Shown: in pieces, positions 36,326 through 50,022 of the stretch
Layout: every line of letters starts with the position of its first letter
How positions within the stretch are numbered: position 1 is the first letter of the stretch
Assembly (NCBI RefSeq): GCF_036321535.1
Contig: NC_087447.1
Span: 47,432,001 to 47,496,000, forward strand
DNA: 64,000 nucleotides
From: Camelus dromedarius
Lineage: Eukaryota
Direction of reading: 5' to 3'
Made by a program: the position numbers and the translations under genes
Notes under the pieces: model-generated
Databases searched by the model: none
What the model was told of the DNA's origin: nothing
The model's input: only the letters and a program-made list of their open reading frames with translations

Positions 36326-36913
36326 GTTGGCCATTAGGGTGGGGAGGGAAGCAAAGGAAAGGCTGAGTGAGTACCCACAGGCTCAAGGACAAGACGTGGG
36401 GTGTCGGCCCCCAGTTGCTCAAGTGCAATGTCGTTGGAAACTTGACAGGCAAAGCAGTCTGTCACACACAGCCTCCCACACTCCCAGAGGAAAGGGCCCT
36501 GGGGGCCTGGTCTGAGATTAGCTAAAAGCAGAGCTCTAAGTTGTTGGACCAGAACCAGTCAGACTGGCTCAGAGGAGGTGGGGACAGGCTCTCCCCTTTC
36601 AATGCCCAGCAGGGCTGAGTGGGGCTGGATCCCTGCCTCCCCCTGGACTGAGAGTCAGTACTGAGGTGAACGTGATGGCAACAGAGTATCCTCAGAGCCC
36701 AAGCAGCACCAGCCCTTCTACCTCTGGCCCCTGGTCCTCCCCCATCACTGTCCTGACAGTCTGTGAGGCATCTGCCCTTCCTGAGGCCTGCCTCCCCAGC
36801 ACGTGGGTTCTCTGAGGCAAGTACCACACTCACCTTCTTCACCATTGTCTACCTAGCACTCAGCAGGGATTAATACATAAATGAAGACCTGGATTAATTA
36901 ATTCTTATTCAGG

Positions 36914-36914
<1 letters not shown>

Positions 36915-36967
<53 letters not shown>
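36915..36967. repeat. (TG)26 microsatellite
   Basis: Directly visible. Confidence 0.95.
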
Positions 36968-36969
<2 letters not shown>

Positions 36970-38145
36970 CCGCAGCTGCATTTTAAGTGCTTTACGTGGA
37001 TTCATTCATTTACTCATCACAAAGGCCCTGCAAGGTATGGCTTATTGCTACCCCAACTTTACAGATGAAGAAACTGAGGCAAAGAGACAAGAAGTCATTT
37101 GTCTTTGATCCCACGGCTGGGATTTGCACCCAGGAAGTCCAGCACCACAGACTACAGGCTCAACCACTAGAGGCAAATGAGGCCCCAGCCAGAATGAGAG
37201 GGCTTCTGAGTCCCGCCTCCTCATACTGGCCACTGCAACTCAGGATCCAGGCAGCTCTGGGGCTGATGTTCCATCCAAGAGGAAATGTGATCATACCTCT
37301 GATAACAGTGTGACAGTGGTAAGAAGGGAGAGGGGAACAGATGCTAAGGGTTCCTGTCCCAGCAAAGCCTTTGCAGGAAAAAGACTACGTGCCAAGAAGA
37401 AGGGGGCAAGAGGGCCCCTCATGGACCTTCTGACCTCATTCCTGACACCTCCTCCAGGAAGCCTCCTAGCTGATCCCTGCCTGCCAGCCTACCACAGGGG
37501 ACCAGGGCTATGCTGAGTCAGGGCCAGGCCCAGGAAAGGAGAAGTGGTATCAGGAAGGCACAGATGTGGGAAAATCCCAGGGGAAGGGGCAGTGCCACAG
37601 AGTGCCCTCACCCCAGCCGGAGTGCTGGCCTGCACCCCTTAGAGCAGCCCCAGCTCCAAACTGCAGCTGAGGCCCAGCTGGGATGTTTCCCACTGACCTC
37701 TGACCCACCAGACCAGACAATCAGCCCAACCCTGAGCATGTCCTCAGTGGGCCTGCCTCTGAGTTCGCTCACACCACTTCCTCCTCCTTACTTCTCAGCC
37801 CATGGAGAGACAATCTACACCTCCAAACACAGCTCAATGGTCCTGTCCTCCAAGCAGCCTCTGAGATGCCCACGTAGAACTGCTCTCCCCTGTCCCCCAC
37901 CCCTGGCTCCCCTACTCCTTCAGCTCCTTTCTCCTCTGTCCAAGTGATATATGGACCCGTCTGCTCTCCCCACTATGCCCATGGCAAGGCTGGGCACTCC
38001 TGGGCAGGGCAAGGGCTGACCCACCCCAGCCTGAGCCCTCAGCCTAAAGAGGTCTGTTTTGTTGGATTCAGGCACATACACACAGCCAATCGTATAGCTG
38101 GGGGTTGGGGGACACATGAGGGCCCCGAGCCAGAATAGGTAAGAG

Positions 38146-38279
38146 TAGGGTGGCCAAATAATCAATCATATAAACCAGAACAGCTCTGAGAGTTGAAAGA
38201 AGCACTATTAATAACTATGTCAGGGCCACAGGTATAAACAGGGCCTGTCCCAGGCAAAATGAGATGTGTGGTCACTCTA
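38146..38279. mobile_element. MER94-like hAT-Blackjack MITE
   Basis: 134 bp; TIR-like TAGGGTGGCCA...TGGTCACTCTA. Confidence 0.6.
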
Positions 38280-40692
38280 GTTAAAGACACAGAGCTTTGG
38301 AGCCAGGCAGACCTGGGCTTCAACCCCAGCTCAACCACGCACTGGTTTGCGTCCTTACAAAGCAGGTCACTTCACCTGTGAGCCTCAGTTTCCTCTCTGA
38401 TCTGCTTCCAGGCATACTGATAATTCAGTACCGAGAGCCACTTCCACACGTCACCAGCACAACTTTCTCACACTGGCTATGGCTGAAGGAGGCTCGGGCC
38501 TCACAGGCTGAGCCAGGAACCTGCTTCATAGCCTCTTCCTCCAGGGTGGCCCCTGGCTCTGCCTTCCCACTTTTCTGTCTGTATCAGTCACTATAAGGGC
38601 AGGTGAGCCACAGAGTGAGGCAATCTCCGGCTGGCCTTGAACTCATCCCCTACTCACATTCCAGCCATCCTTGACTGAGCTGCATTCCATAAATGCACAC
38701 TTCCAGGCTTCTGCATATGCTGCTCCTTCCACCAGGAACACATTTCCCCGTCTGGCCACCTCCTACTCCTCCCTCCAAAGATCCAAACCACTTATCTTCC
38801 ACCTCCACTTGGTGCCTCCCCTCATGCCCCAGGCTGGGGTGGGACTCCTCCAGCCTCCACACTCCTGATCACTCAGTATAGCTGTGTCTGTCAATGTCTG
38901 CTTCTCTGAACTGACCTCAAGGACTCAGGCCTACTCCGTCCTGGAGTCAGGACCCTCCCCCTAAAGGGTCATGCAGGCCTTGGAGTGACGCAGCCCAATC
39001 CTAGCCCCTGGACTTTTACCAGCAGGGCCAAGAGGCGGGGTCAGCTATGATTTGGACACATCTGCCTCCTCTCCTGACCTCTTCTGCCCACAGGGGCAAA
39101 CTTTCCAGCTGCCACTTCCTCGTCCTACGTGGGGCCCAGGCCTCAGTCGTATGCGTCTTGCTTCCTCTGGGGCTGCCCCCCTCCCTCCTTCTCCATCATG
39201 AGATCCAAGGCTCAGCCTCTTCAGCACTGTCCAGGTTCAGTTCAATTCACTTCTGCCCAAGCCACAGAAGAGAAAGCCCTTCCTCGGGTCTCCCTGTAGT
39301 CCACCTCTCAGCTTCTGCACATGCTGTGAGTCCCCTCAGGCCACTCCCTCTCCATGCCATGACATCACCCAGCACAGAGGGGGCTTTGGTCAGTATGTGT
39401 TGAGTGAATGAATATTGATAACTGGAGAAGGCCAACAGCTCCCCAGCCCTCCACAGAGCAGCCCCAGATTAACTCCCTGGACTACAGGGAGACCCGAGGA
39501 AAGGCACCCACCCTCACAACCAAGGCTTCACCCACTTAGCACTTCTCCCTAGAACAATATAGCTTCCACTTGCTAAGTACCTGCTATGTGCCAGACTTTG
39601 TGCTGGGGGCCTTTTTTCACTGAATCCCCACGATGACCTAGATTGTCAACTCCACTGTGTTCAGGACAAGCCTCCTCCTCCAGGAAGTCCACCCAACTGC
39701 TCCGTCCTCTAAGCTCGCACAACCTGTTGGGCACCCCGCTGCCCTGGGCAGGAGAGTGCAGAGATCCAGGTCTCCCATGGCAGCTCTTCATGCTTCCAGG
39801 CCTGGCCCTGTACTGGCTTGTGAAGGCAGCAGGGAGAAGAAGTTCACCCCTCAGGGAGCTCTTGACTGTACTAGCCCCTCTCTCCCATCCCGAGCACCCA
39901 GCCCAGGGCTGGCCTGGCAGGAGGAGATGGCACCACAGGTGTCTGCTGGGCCCCAGGGAAAGATGAGCCGAGGGCACAGGGCAGGGCTGAGTGCACGGAC
40001 AGGACCTGGTAAGATAAATTTGTGTCCCCAGTGGCCCAAGCACAGGGTTACTGAGTTCATTAGGGATTCTCAGCAATTGTGGGGAGGGGAGACCAGCTCA
40101 GCACCCCCAATGACAGAGGCACCCACCACACTACCAGCCCTGGAAAGAAGGGTAGAAAGACAACTCCTAAGTGCCCACCCTCGCAGGTCTTCCTTCACCT
40201 GGACTGGGGGGAGGGCAAGGGGGCTCTGGGAGGAGCTGCCCAGAGCCATAGCACCCTTGAACTTGACCCTGAGAGAAGTCACACCTAAGCCTCCTGAGGG
40301 AATCCTCAGTGGGGTGCATGGAGCCAGAATTGCGGAGATCAGCACCGGGTCCCTGAAGAGCAGAGACCCCCTCCCCCCAACCTTCACACAGAGGAGCAGT
40401 CTATGCAGCTCACAAGACAGGCCCTGGGGGCTCCCAGCGAGCCCAAGAGAGAGGCTTACGGGGACATGGAGACCTGGAAAGTCCAGGGCAGAGGGAGGGA
40501 AGGGAGAAGGGAGAAAAGGAAAGGGCAGGAGAAAAACAGAGAATGTAAAGAAAGTGAAAGAAGAGAGAAAATCCTGAGAGTAAAAAAGGGAGGGGGGAGG
40601 AGAACACCACAGAAAACCGGGCCTGTGGAGAGGTGACAGACAAACAGACAGGGATTACTGGCCTCCCAGGCCCGCAGGAGGAGCCTTCTCAC

Positions 40693-41180
40693 CTCCCGTG
40701 TGCCGACAGCCCAGCCCAAGGCAGCCCCTCGCTCACCCACAGACGCCCGTTGGGTTCTGGGCCCAGGACTCCACGGCTCCAGCCAGGCAGGCCGCGTGTG
40801 CTCAGTGTGCTGTGTGCCTGCCTGTGCAGCCTGTGTCCGACCTGGGCTGGTCTCACAGACAGCCTGGCCCCGCTCCCTGCGTGTGTCTGAGGCCGCGCCT
40901 GGGTCCAGGTATGGCTCTGTTCGCCTGTGACTTGTGTCCAAGTGTCTATGATCACTTGTCTGAGTGTCTATTTGTGTGTGTAAATGTGGATCTGTCCAGG
41001 AGAGTGAGTGTGTGTATGTGTACGTGTGTGCCTGTGTCTGCATCCAGCTCTGGTCTCTAGCTTCCTGCTCTCCGCCTCCCCCACCCCCTGCAGCCCTGGC
41101 CAACAAACACACTTCCTGAAAACACAAATGAGACAGAGAGAAAAGTCACCCAGAATCCCCCGGGGCAGACACTTCCTCTC
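40693..41180 (-). promoter_or_regulatory. ARAP1: Probable internal ARAP1 promoter / alternative non-coding first exon
   Basis: Local CpG enrichment 40620-40900; ETS motifs CACTTCCTG (41110-41118) and CACTTCCTC (41170-41178); minus-strand donors gag|gtgaga (exon end 40693) and tgg|gtgagc (40737); ~4.4 kb into the intron after coding exon 1, where I recall human short isoforms start. Confidence 0.55.
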
Positions 41181-43606
41181 CACCCCCAGGCCACCCCCTC
41201 CACCCCAAGCTGGAGTGGGACAAGCCACCCCAGTACTGTCTAGCAGAGCCTTACACAGTGGACACCCAGGAGGCCCTGGCCATGGCTGGCCCCTCCCCTC
41301 CTCCACAAGGAGGCCCAGAGAGGCTGGGAAAGAGGCTCTTTAAAGGAAGCAAGTTCTGCCCCAGCAACAAGTGATCAGCCTTCAGGAAGACCAGGGATTG
41401 GTTGGGCTGCACAGCGTCGCAGGCACAGGTGGGAGGCCTTGCAGTGTGATTCCAGCTGGCAGCTGCCCCTCTAGGCAAAGACTCCCTCTTCCAGAGGTAC
41501 CTCCAGACATCCAGGTATCAGAGGAGGAAACGGAGGTCCAGCGTAGCCTAGAAGGGGCTCTGCAGGGTGACCCTGGAACCCTGGATCAGAAATGACCCCT
41601 CTGCCACTCGCACAGAAGCTGGCTCTGAGGATTGATGTCTATGATGCCTGGAACTGAGCAGACTGGGCATCAGGCCAAGAGGCAGGGTCTGAGTATCGGC
41701 TTTCCCTGGGCTGGGCTTTGTGACTCTGGATAAATTTCTCAGCGTCTATGGACTTCCCAGCTAGTTCCTGATACAGACTTAAGTGATGGTGGGGGTGTAA
41801 ACCTGGTTCTGAGAGTGCCGACCCAGCTAAGGCAGAGGGGAGGGGACCCCATCCCTGCTCATTTTCAGCCTGCCCCCACCAAAGGTCTCTTGCTTTCCAA
41901 GATGTCTGGAGTGACATAGGTTGGGCAGTGGGAAGGGATCTGGGGTGTCCTGTAACCCTACAGTATAGGGTCCAATGTGTGCTAAGGGCAGTCACTTGTG
42001 CTGAGTCTGCATCGGCAGCACACGTGCTCAGTGCCTGGCAGTATAAAAGCTCACGCAAGCCTCGTCTATTTACTCACACAACCAATACTTTCTGAGTGCC
42101 CATTAGGCACCAGGCACTGCTTCAGATGTTGGGGATTCAGCAGTAAGTGAAACTGACAAAGATCTGGGCCCTAACAGAGCTAGCAATTTAGGGGGCTCAT
42201 CCTCTTGGCAGCACATGCAATCACAGCATGTGCACACAGGCACTCACAAACACACTCACGCTACTGGAGTCCTCACTGCACCAGTACACATGGGTACACA
42301 TATGTGTGCACACAGGCCCTGATAAACTCGCACACATACTCAGCAAGTCACCACTGAAACCATGTAAATCCCCACCCGTGTGCACATTCTAGGATCACAC
42401 GTCACCTCCCTTCAAACATATTCGGATGTGGAAATACACAGACACACTACTACCCTAACACACGCACACCTGTGGGTGCACACACACAAACTGGCCAGGC
42501 ACCCTCACGTGGAGTCACTATCTCAAGAGTACACACGTGCACACACAGTAGATAATCCCAAATGCTGCTGGGGTTTGGGCAGCCTGGTGATGGGCTGGAG
42601 CCAGGCAGAAATGCTCACTCAGTTACCAAATGATCTGGTGTAAGAGGCCCCAAGATTGAGAAAGTGAGACCCCTGTCACTAGAGGGTGCAGGCAAGGACA
42701 GGAGGGCCAGCATATCAGGAAGAAGGGACTCCCGCAAAGGAGGAGGGGGTAGGAGCAGACCAGGTGGATCAGTCTTCCACTATGCACCACAGACCCTGGG
42801 GTCACAGGAAGGGGCTGTGAGGGGACGGGGTAACCAGTCAGGCTCCATCCTGGCCCCCAACCTGCCCAGCCTTCGCCTGTTACACATACATGAGGCTCTA
42901 GCGCCTTCAGTTTTCCTACCACTGGGCTTTATAGAATTTGCATGCCTGGGGAGCCCAGAGGGGTAGGACTGCAGATGCCCACAATTCCACATGTCAAAAA
43001 CCCCAGGACACAGGAAGCCAGGCTTGCCAGCTCACCTCCCACCATACTCTGCCCTAAGGAATAGCTCCAAATTGTGAGGAATGATTGCCTACAAATTCTC
43101 TCAACGTGGAATGAATTTTGGGTCCTCCCATGGTCAGGAGTTTGGTCTTTTCCAGATGTTGGCTAAGTTCAGACAGGATCCAAGAGAAGGGTCTGGCACC
43201 TTGGGGTGTAGATAGGACCTTGCTCTAACCAGAAAGTCTCTTGAACTCAGATGTTAGTATCAGAAGGGCCATGGAGGGCCTCCTTGGCTAAGGAGGACAC
43301 CTGATGGGGAAAAAGGCTCTACTCAGAGTCACAGCCAGCTGGGCATGCCCAGCTATCCTGCCTCCTAAGCAGGCCTCCATCCTCAACTGGGGTTTTTGCC
43401 TCTTTAGCCTTCATGAGCTTCTTATGGACAGGGCCCTGCCTCCTGCCCTTTTTCATCCACTCTCAACCCTCAGAGACAGGCAGACAGATGGATAGGCAGG
43501 CAGACAGGCACACGCGCGTGCATACACGTGCACTCTCTCTCTCTCCATCTTGGAGTTAAGATGATGGAGTTAAAGGAAACAGAAATTACTTCTGCATGCA
43601 GCAGAG

Positions 43607-43625
43607 TGGCCACTAGAGGGTGCAG
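43607..43625 (+). promoter_or_regulatory. CTCF-like motif
   Basis: TGGCCACTAGAGGGTGCAG. Confidence 0.5.
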
Positions 43626-45078
43626 TGGCACCAGGAAACTCAGTCTAGGCTATGAGCCAGGCTCCTAGGGGACCCTAGTACAGCTCCCAATTGTATGAAC
43701 CCAGGAAAGGAATAACAAACCCTTTTTGTGTTCCACCAATCAAACCTCAAAACACTGCAGCTTGGCCTTCAAGGTCTCTTTACTTAATGCCCCTCTGGAT
43801 GAGGAAAGCCTCCCAGACCCTTCCCACAGGGGCTCCCCGAGCGTAGATCTGGCCAGTGCTCCCCTCCTTTCTCTGAGCCTTAATTTCTGTTTGAAAACAG
43901 GACACAAATGCCCCAGAAGGCTTGAGCAGGGATCAAACAAGATTATGTAAGCAAAGCACCGAGCACAGTGCCCAACAATAATAGGGACCAGGAGAACTCT
44001 CTCTGTACATCCCTTCCTCCTCTAAGAAGCCTTCCGAGATTAGCCTGACTTGGCCCAAGAGCTGCAATAAAGCTCCATTACACCTCTGAATACATGTCAG
44101 CCACAGCTGGGATGCTCCCACTGGCTGGGAACCCTAGCAAATGGCAGGAAGCGGGGGGCATATGGAAGGAGGTTAAAATGGAACATCCACAGAAGTAGGA
44201 GGAAACTCAAGAAAACAAGGAGTACCAGGAGCTGGGAGGGGAGAAAACAGTTCTGAGGAAGAGGGAAGGTGAGTAGGATGTGGCCTGAGAAGTGTCTCCA
44301 GGATCTGGTGACATCTGGCAGGAGCAATGTGAACAGGGAAGACGGGCACAGGCACCAGCCCTGGGTGGTTGCTGCGTCCACCAGGGCCAGTTCTTCATTC
44401 TAGGCTCTCCATTTCTGCCACAATGCTACCTCCTGACTTGAGAAGTGCACTCTGGTCTCCCAGTATCTCACACTCACTAGGCACCAAACTGAACTACAGA
44501 CTTCCTCCCAAACTCCCTTCTGTCCCTGGGTCCCAGATCAGGATGGCACCGCTATCTACCCAAGATGGAAGTCTGGGTGTCACATGACTCCCTGTGCCCT
44601 CTCTGCTGAGGCCCAGGCCATCCCAAGTTCTGTGCACTCTAGGGCCCATCTCTCATTCCAATCTGCCTACTTCTTTCCAGTCTTGTTAGCACAGCCTAGG
44701 TGGGGACTTCCAACCTGGCCCAGTGCCCTCTCATTGTTCTCCCAGCCTCCTCCCCTGTCAACCTCACCTGCAGCCAGGGCCATGCTTTCAGTACTCAGCT
44801 TTCATCCAATCACTGCTTGAAATCTCCCTGGCTCCCCACCAGCCTTCACAGCATCCCCCAGCAGCATCGTCCACAAGCCTTACCCTCACTCACGTGGCAG
44901 TTCAGCCACGTTGTCTGCTCAGAGTGCCCTGGATGGTGCTTCCCACATCTGAGCTTTGCACATGCTGTTCCCTCCACTAAGGTGCCTTTCTTATCCCAGT
45001 GCCAAAGGTCACAAACTCCCCCTCCACCTTCTAGGTCCTCTGCCCACGTCCCTCCTGCCCTGGATGGCATCCACTCAC

Positions 45079-45587
45079 CTCACCAGCAGGCGGAAGGGCC
45101 CAGTGCGGGGGGGCACGGGTGGAACATTTAGCTCTGCCGAGTGCCGCTTGGCGGGCAGTGGGGGCAGCACAGGGTCTGGGGAAGCTGTGGATGGGGCTGA
45201 GAAGCAAGCAGGCGGAAGGCAGCTCCTCCGGGGTGGGATGGGTGGGGCAGTGGGGAGCCCCTCATCCTCTCCAGTGGTAGGCAGTGGCTCCGGTGGAGGG
45301 GCAGGCACAGGTGGTGAGCGGAAGACATGACGCTTCATGGGCACAGGCCGAGGGGTAGGGCGGGGTGCAGGGGCTGGGGGCGTGTGGGCACGGAGCAGGC
45401 CAGCCAGGATGCGGCGGCGGTGGCCGGGGAGTAGCATGCCCATGTCCACCAGGCGGGCATCGCTGAGGCCTTGGCACTCTGTGGCCCACACCAGTCCATG
45501 CTGCTCGAAGAGCCTGGTGTACTGCTCCAGGTGCAGTGCCCGCAGCCACTCAGCCACAGACAGGGCTGCATCCCCGGCCTCTGCCAT
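45079..45587 (-). CDS. ARAP1: ARAP1 coding exon 1 (SAM domain + Pro-rich); exon starts at 45630 with 43 nt UTR
   Basis: gaaccATGg Kozak; MAEAGDAALSVAEWLRALHLEQY...RLLV; acceptor ttccag|, donor ag|gtgagt. Confidence 0.97.
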
Positions 45588-46379
45588 GGTTCCAGCCAGC
45601 AGAGGCTAACCAGCAGGGCTCTGTCCAGACCTGGAATAGACAGATGGGCACAGGTCAGAGGCATGGTTGCCCAGGCATAGGTCCTGATCAGCAACTCTCC
45701 ATGGAACTCTCGTGCCATGGGGTAAGCTCTGTGTTTGGGCTTTTTCCCCTGGGCCCCATGTATCAGGCAAGGCCAGGTACTGCCAGGTCTCTGAACACAC
45801 AGGCTTATTCTTCTGCCTGAAACCTGCCACCTCAACCCTCACCCCACCCCTGTGGCTTCCTAGAATCCAGTTCCTCTAGGAAGCCCTCCAGGACCTCCAG
45901 AGTTGGTACCATCCCTAAGCCCCATCCACAGCCTTGGCCATTGCTGTGGCTGTGTCTGCACACACATGCTCTCCTGCCTCTGCAAGACCCCAGCAAGGAC
46001 CCAATTCCTTCCGAGGTACCAGTTCCCAGCTGAGGGCCAGGCCCAAGAGTTAACGAGCATGAGTGGCACTGAGGGACACCACTGCTGATCCCCCTGCAGG
46101 CCCAGGCTGTGGGTTGAGCCTCACCCCATCTCCATGCCCCTGGAGGAAGCAGGATACTCCAGGAGGTGAGTCAAGTCAGCATCACATAGCCTCTGGGGTC
46201 CTGGCCCTGCGAATGAGTAACCCCTCCCATCACCAAGAAGAGAAAGCGGGGAAGGTATAGGAAAGGCCATTCATTTGTTTGTTTGTTTTTTTGAAATAGC
46301 CTTGCACAGGGCAATGGGGACTCAGGTCCCATTCCTATACTCAAGAGATCCTGGCTTGGCAGGAGTCAAGAAACAGACG

Positions 46380-49300
46380 GTGTAAAGCAGTGATTAACAG
46401 ATCAAAAGAAAAAAGTCATCTGATCATCTCCACAGATACTAAAGAGGCATATGATAAAACTCAATATCTAGCACATGTAAACAAAAATTTTAGTAAAACA
46501 GAAATAGACTGATACTTCATTAAAATAAAAACCAGCATCTTGCTTAATGGAAAAACAATAGAAAAACTTCCATTATCATCACCATCGTCATTATTCACAC
46601 TACTCTGCAAGTTCCAGACAACAAAAACAAGTGAGAGGTATACAAATTGGGAAAGAAGATACAAAACAGAAAGAGACTCACAGACATAGAAAACAAACTT
46701 ACGGTCACCAGGGGGGAAGGGGAGAGGGAGGGATAAATTAGGAGTTTGGGATTAGCAGATACAACAACTATGTACAAGACAGAGAAACAACAAGTTCCTA
46801 CTGTATAGTACGGGGAACTATATTCAATGGCTTGTAGTAACCTGTAGTGAAAAAGAATACATATATATTTATACATCTAACTGAATCACCATGCTGTACA
46901 CCAGAAACTAATACAACACTGTAACTCAATTACACTTCAGTTTAAAAAAGGGGAGAATGGGAAAGAGATAAATTATCTACTATTTAACAATAATATCAGT
47001 TCTGAGTTGGAAAACCCAAGGAGTTCAACTGAGAAACTATTACAAACAAAAGAATTTTCTAAGATAGCTCAGTTCAAAACTAATATAACAGAATCAGTAT
47101 TTATAAGCAATAACAGGTAGAAACCAGGATGAAAGACCTCATTTACTACAGCATCACAAAATAAAAACCAAGAATAAAGTTAATAAGAAACATTCAGGCT
47201 CCATAGGAAGAAAAATGTGGAATGTTATTGAGAGGCAAAGAGAAGAGGTGGACAAATAGACACAATATGCTCTTGGATAGAGAAGATCACAAAGATAGTC
47301 TAAGTTAATTCATAAACATCCTCTATCCTATTAAATAAACGCACAGAATTGCTGGGGGGGGGGTGACTAGACAAGCTGATGTGAAAGTTCATGTGGAAAA
47401 ACAAACAAGCAGGAAGAGTCAGGAAATTTCTGGAAGTAGGGGAGTCGGGGAAAGGAAGAATGACAGTCAGCCTTACCACATATTAAAATATGAAGTTATG
47501 GTAATTAAAACAGTACAGGTTACTAGCACTTGAACAGACAGATTGATTAAACAAAACAGAAAGTTCAAAAATAGACCCAAATACATTTAAGAATTTAGTA
47601 CACAATAAAAGTAGCATCTCAAACTCAACGGTGGAAAAAGTGGATTATTAAATTGGGACAGCTGTGGGGCAATCTACGCGGGGACTCCTACACTTTACAA
47701 CAGGATAAATTATAAATGGATCAAAGATTTCACTATAAAAATAAAACCATGAGAGGATTTTTAAAGTCCTCTGGAAATGATACAAATCCAGAAGGATAAA
47801 GTAAAGAGTAAAATATCCAACTATACAGAAAACAAACATTCTTTCATGATAGGAAAAAAAAAGGGCAATATAAGTAAAGCTAAGAGAGAAATGACAAACT
47901 AGGGGGCTGTCACTTATACACAAAACATAAGGCTAATTTTCCTAAAGCTTGAAAAGCACCTATAAATAAGAAATAGATCAATAACCTAACAGAACAGTGG
48001 GCACAGAACATGAACAGAGCAATTCACAGAAAGGAAAATATAAACAGTTCTTAAACACATGAGAAGGAACTTAACCTCCCCACACTGAGCAGTGACAGAG
48101 TGAGGCACTCCCCTCCCTGGCAGGGGCAGCGCCTCTGGGAAGGACAATGCCATGGGAGCTTTGAAAATCCCAATACTTCTGTGCCCTCTGAACCAGCCAT
48201 CCGTGGGCACTCACCCTGCAGTCTTCCTGACGTGTGTCCAAAGTGACGTACATTGGTAATTGGCCACAGTGTTTGTATAATAACAAAAGGTTGGAAGTAA
48301 CCAAAATATCCATGAGTCGGGGAATGATTAACTAAATTACAGTGTAGTCATATAGAAGAATACTGAGCCACAGAAAATGAGGAAATTCCTATGTACTGGT
48401 GTGGGATGACCTCCAAAATGTGTTGCTAAGTGACTGCAGAAAAATGAGGAAACTCTAAAAAAAGAATGAAACTCCTTACATGTTGATGAGGGATGACCTC
48501 CGCATGTGTTAAGTGACTAAAGAAAATACAGAACAGTTTATAAAACATTCTGCCTTTTCTGTGGGGGAAAAAGCACAACAACCCTGAAGGGAGAAAATAG
48601 ATCAGTATGTGTCTATTGGTAAATGCATAAGATATCTCTGAAAAGATACACAGGAGACAGGCGCCACTTGTTGCCTCAGAGGAGGAAAACTGAGGGCTGT
48701 GGGGACAGGCGGGAGCAGACACTGCCAGACTTCCTGGGGCCTGCAGCTAACCCAATCTGACTGTCCTCGTTCAGAAAAAGAATACAAGAATATCTCACTT
48801 ATCATTCTCCAATATGTACAAATGCTGAATCATTATGTTGTATGCCTGAAACTAATATAATGTTATATGTCAATTGTTATTTTAATTAAAAAAAATTTTT
48901 TATTCTTATTTTTCATTGTAGTCGATTTACAAGATTAGTTTTAGGTGTACAGCAAAGCGATCTAGCTAAACATACACTACATACATAAATTACAACTATT
49001 TTTATGTAACAAAAAGAGTATCTTACTTCTGTAAAAATTTACAGAAACACACGACCACGTGCACACGCTGCCCGGGCCCTCCCTGGGCCCCTTCAGCTTC
49101 CCAGGAAACCCACCTCCAGGTAGAGAGAGACTACTCACTCTACATCTTTCTCTATCACCTAAATTTTTTAACTACGAGAATTTTTAAAAAAGGCTCCTGA
49201 GTGTCCCAAAGGAAGACACAAGCAAACAGAAATACATTCAATGTTCTTGGATGAACTGGGTCTTAACATTATAAAGACATCGATTTTTCCAGGGTTAAGC

Positions 49301-49650
49301 TATAACTAACACAATCCCAACTGAAATTACCCACAGGCAGAGTCTAAAGTTCATATTAAATGCTATTAAAGATGTAATGCTGGGTAGAAAAGCAAGGTGC
49401 AGAACAGTGTTTTATTATGTAAACATCTGGGTTAAAGAAAAAAGAAAACGCATACGTATGTGCATATGCACCCAGAAGCACAGACTACTCGATGGGTGTA
49501 CAAGAAACTGTTTTTGGGGAGGAGATCCAGCAGCAGGGAGGACAAGAGAGGAAGGGTTACCTTTCATTATAGCCCCTGAATCTTTAAATCCTTATGCAAT
49601 TTTCCCAAAAATAAATACAATTTGAAAGATAACATGATCATCTGAGACTA
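46380..49650 (+). mobile_element. Old, fragmented LINE-1 (L1M-type) with nested younger L1 3' ends (~46655-46950, ~48800-48895, and reversed ~48895-48990)
   Basis: A-rich plus strand; decayed ORF2 motif tgatcatctccacagatactaaagaggcatatgataaaactcaa; L1 3' UTR motifs (gacatagaaaacaaactt, gaatcaccatgctgtacaccagaaactaa). Confidence 0.75.
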
Positions 49651-49940
49651 AAAAAGATGAGAAAAAGACCGTAAGTGAACAGGCACGGAAGGGAATCAAG
49701 TCAACAGATAGACACCAGACACCCTACCCACTGGTCCCAGCCCGGCCCCACCCCTACAGTGCTTTCCTGGGAGGCTCTTTGCAAGATCTCTGGCCTCACC
49801 CTCTCTCTGTCTCTCAACTGCAGTTTTCAAAATAGAAAATAAGGACCGCAGGTCTCACCTCCACGAACCTCCTCCACCTCAATGTTGGGGTTTAGCCTAC
49901 CCTACCCAGCCCGGCTCCCCCTTTCCCACCTCTGACTCAC

Positions 49941-50022
49941 CGGCTGGGCAGCCCAGGATGCTGGGGTCCTCCAGAGGCAGCAGCTACTCTGAATGGCTCT
50001 TCATCTTGGCTGGAGATGGAAG
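49941..50022 (-). other. ARAP1: ARAP1 5' non-coding exon (82 nt)
   Basis: Long pyrimidine tract ending ccttgcag| acceptor and ccg|gtgagt donor; position upstream of ATG exon. Confidence 0.75.

Larger units (their letters stand above)
6110..50022 (-). other. ARAP1: ARAP1 gene span within window (ArfGAP with RhoGAP domain, ankyrin repeat and PH domain 1); first exon probably beyond right edge
   Basis: 33 coding exons read manually join in frame (4359 nt, 1452 aa) from MAEAGDAALSVAEWLRALHL to ...ADPVSLLRNV*; matches recalled ARAP1 protein; all GT-AG. Confidence 0.98.

Noticed and set aside
39657..40577. 306-aa plus-strand ORF
   Set aside because: Non-ATG start, no recognisable domain, runs into a purine-rich low-complexity tract; expected by chance in GC-rich DNA
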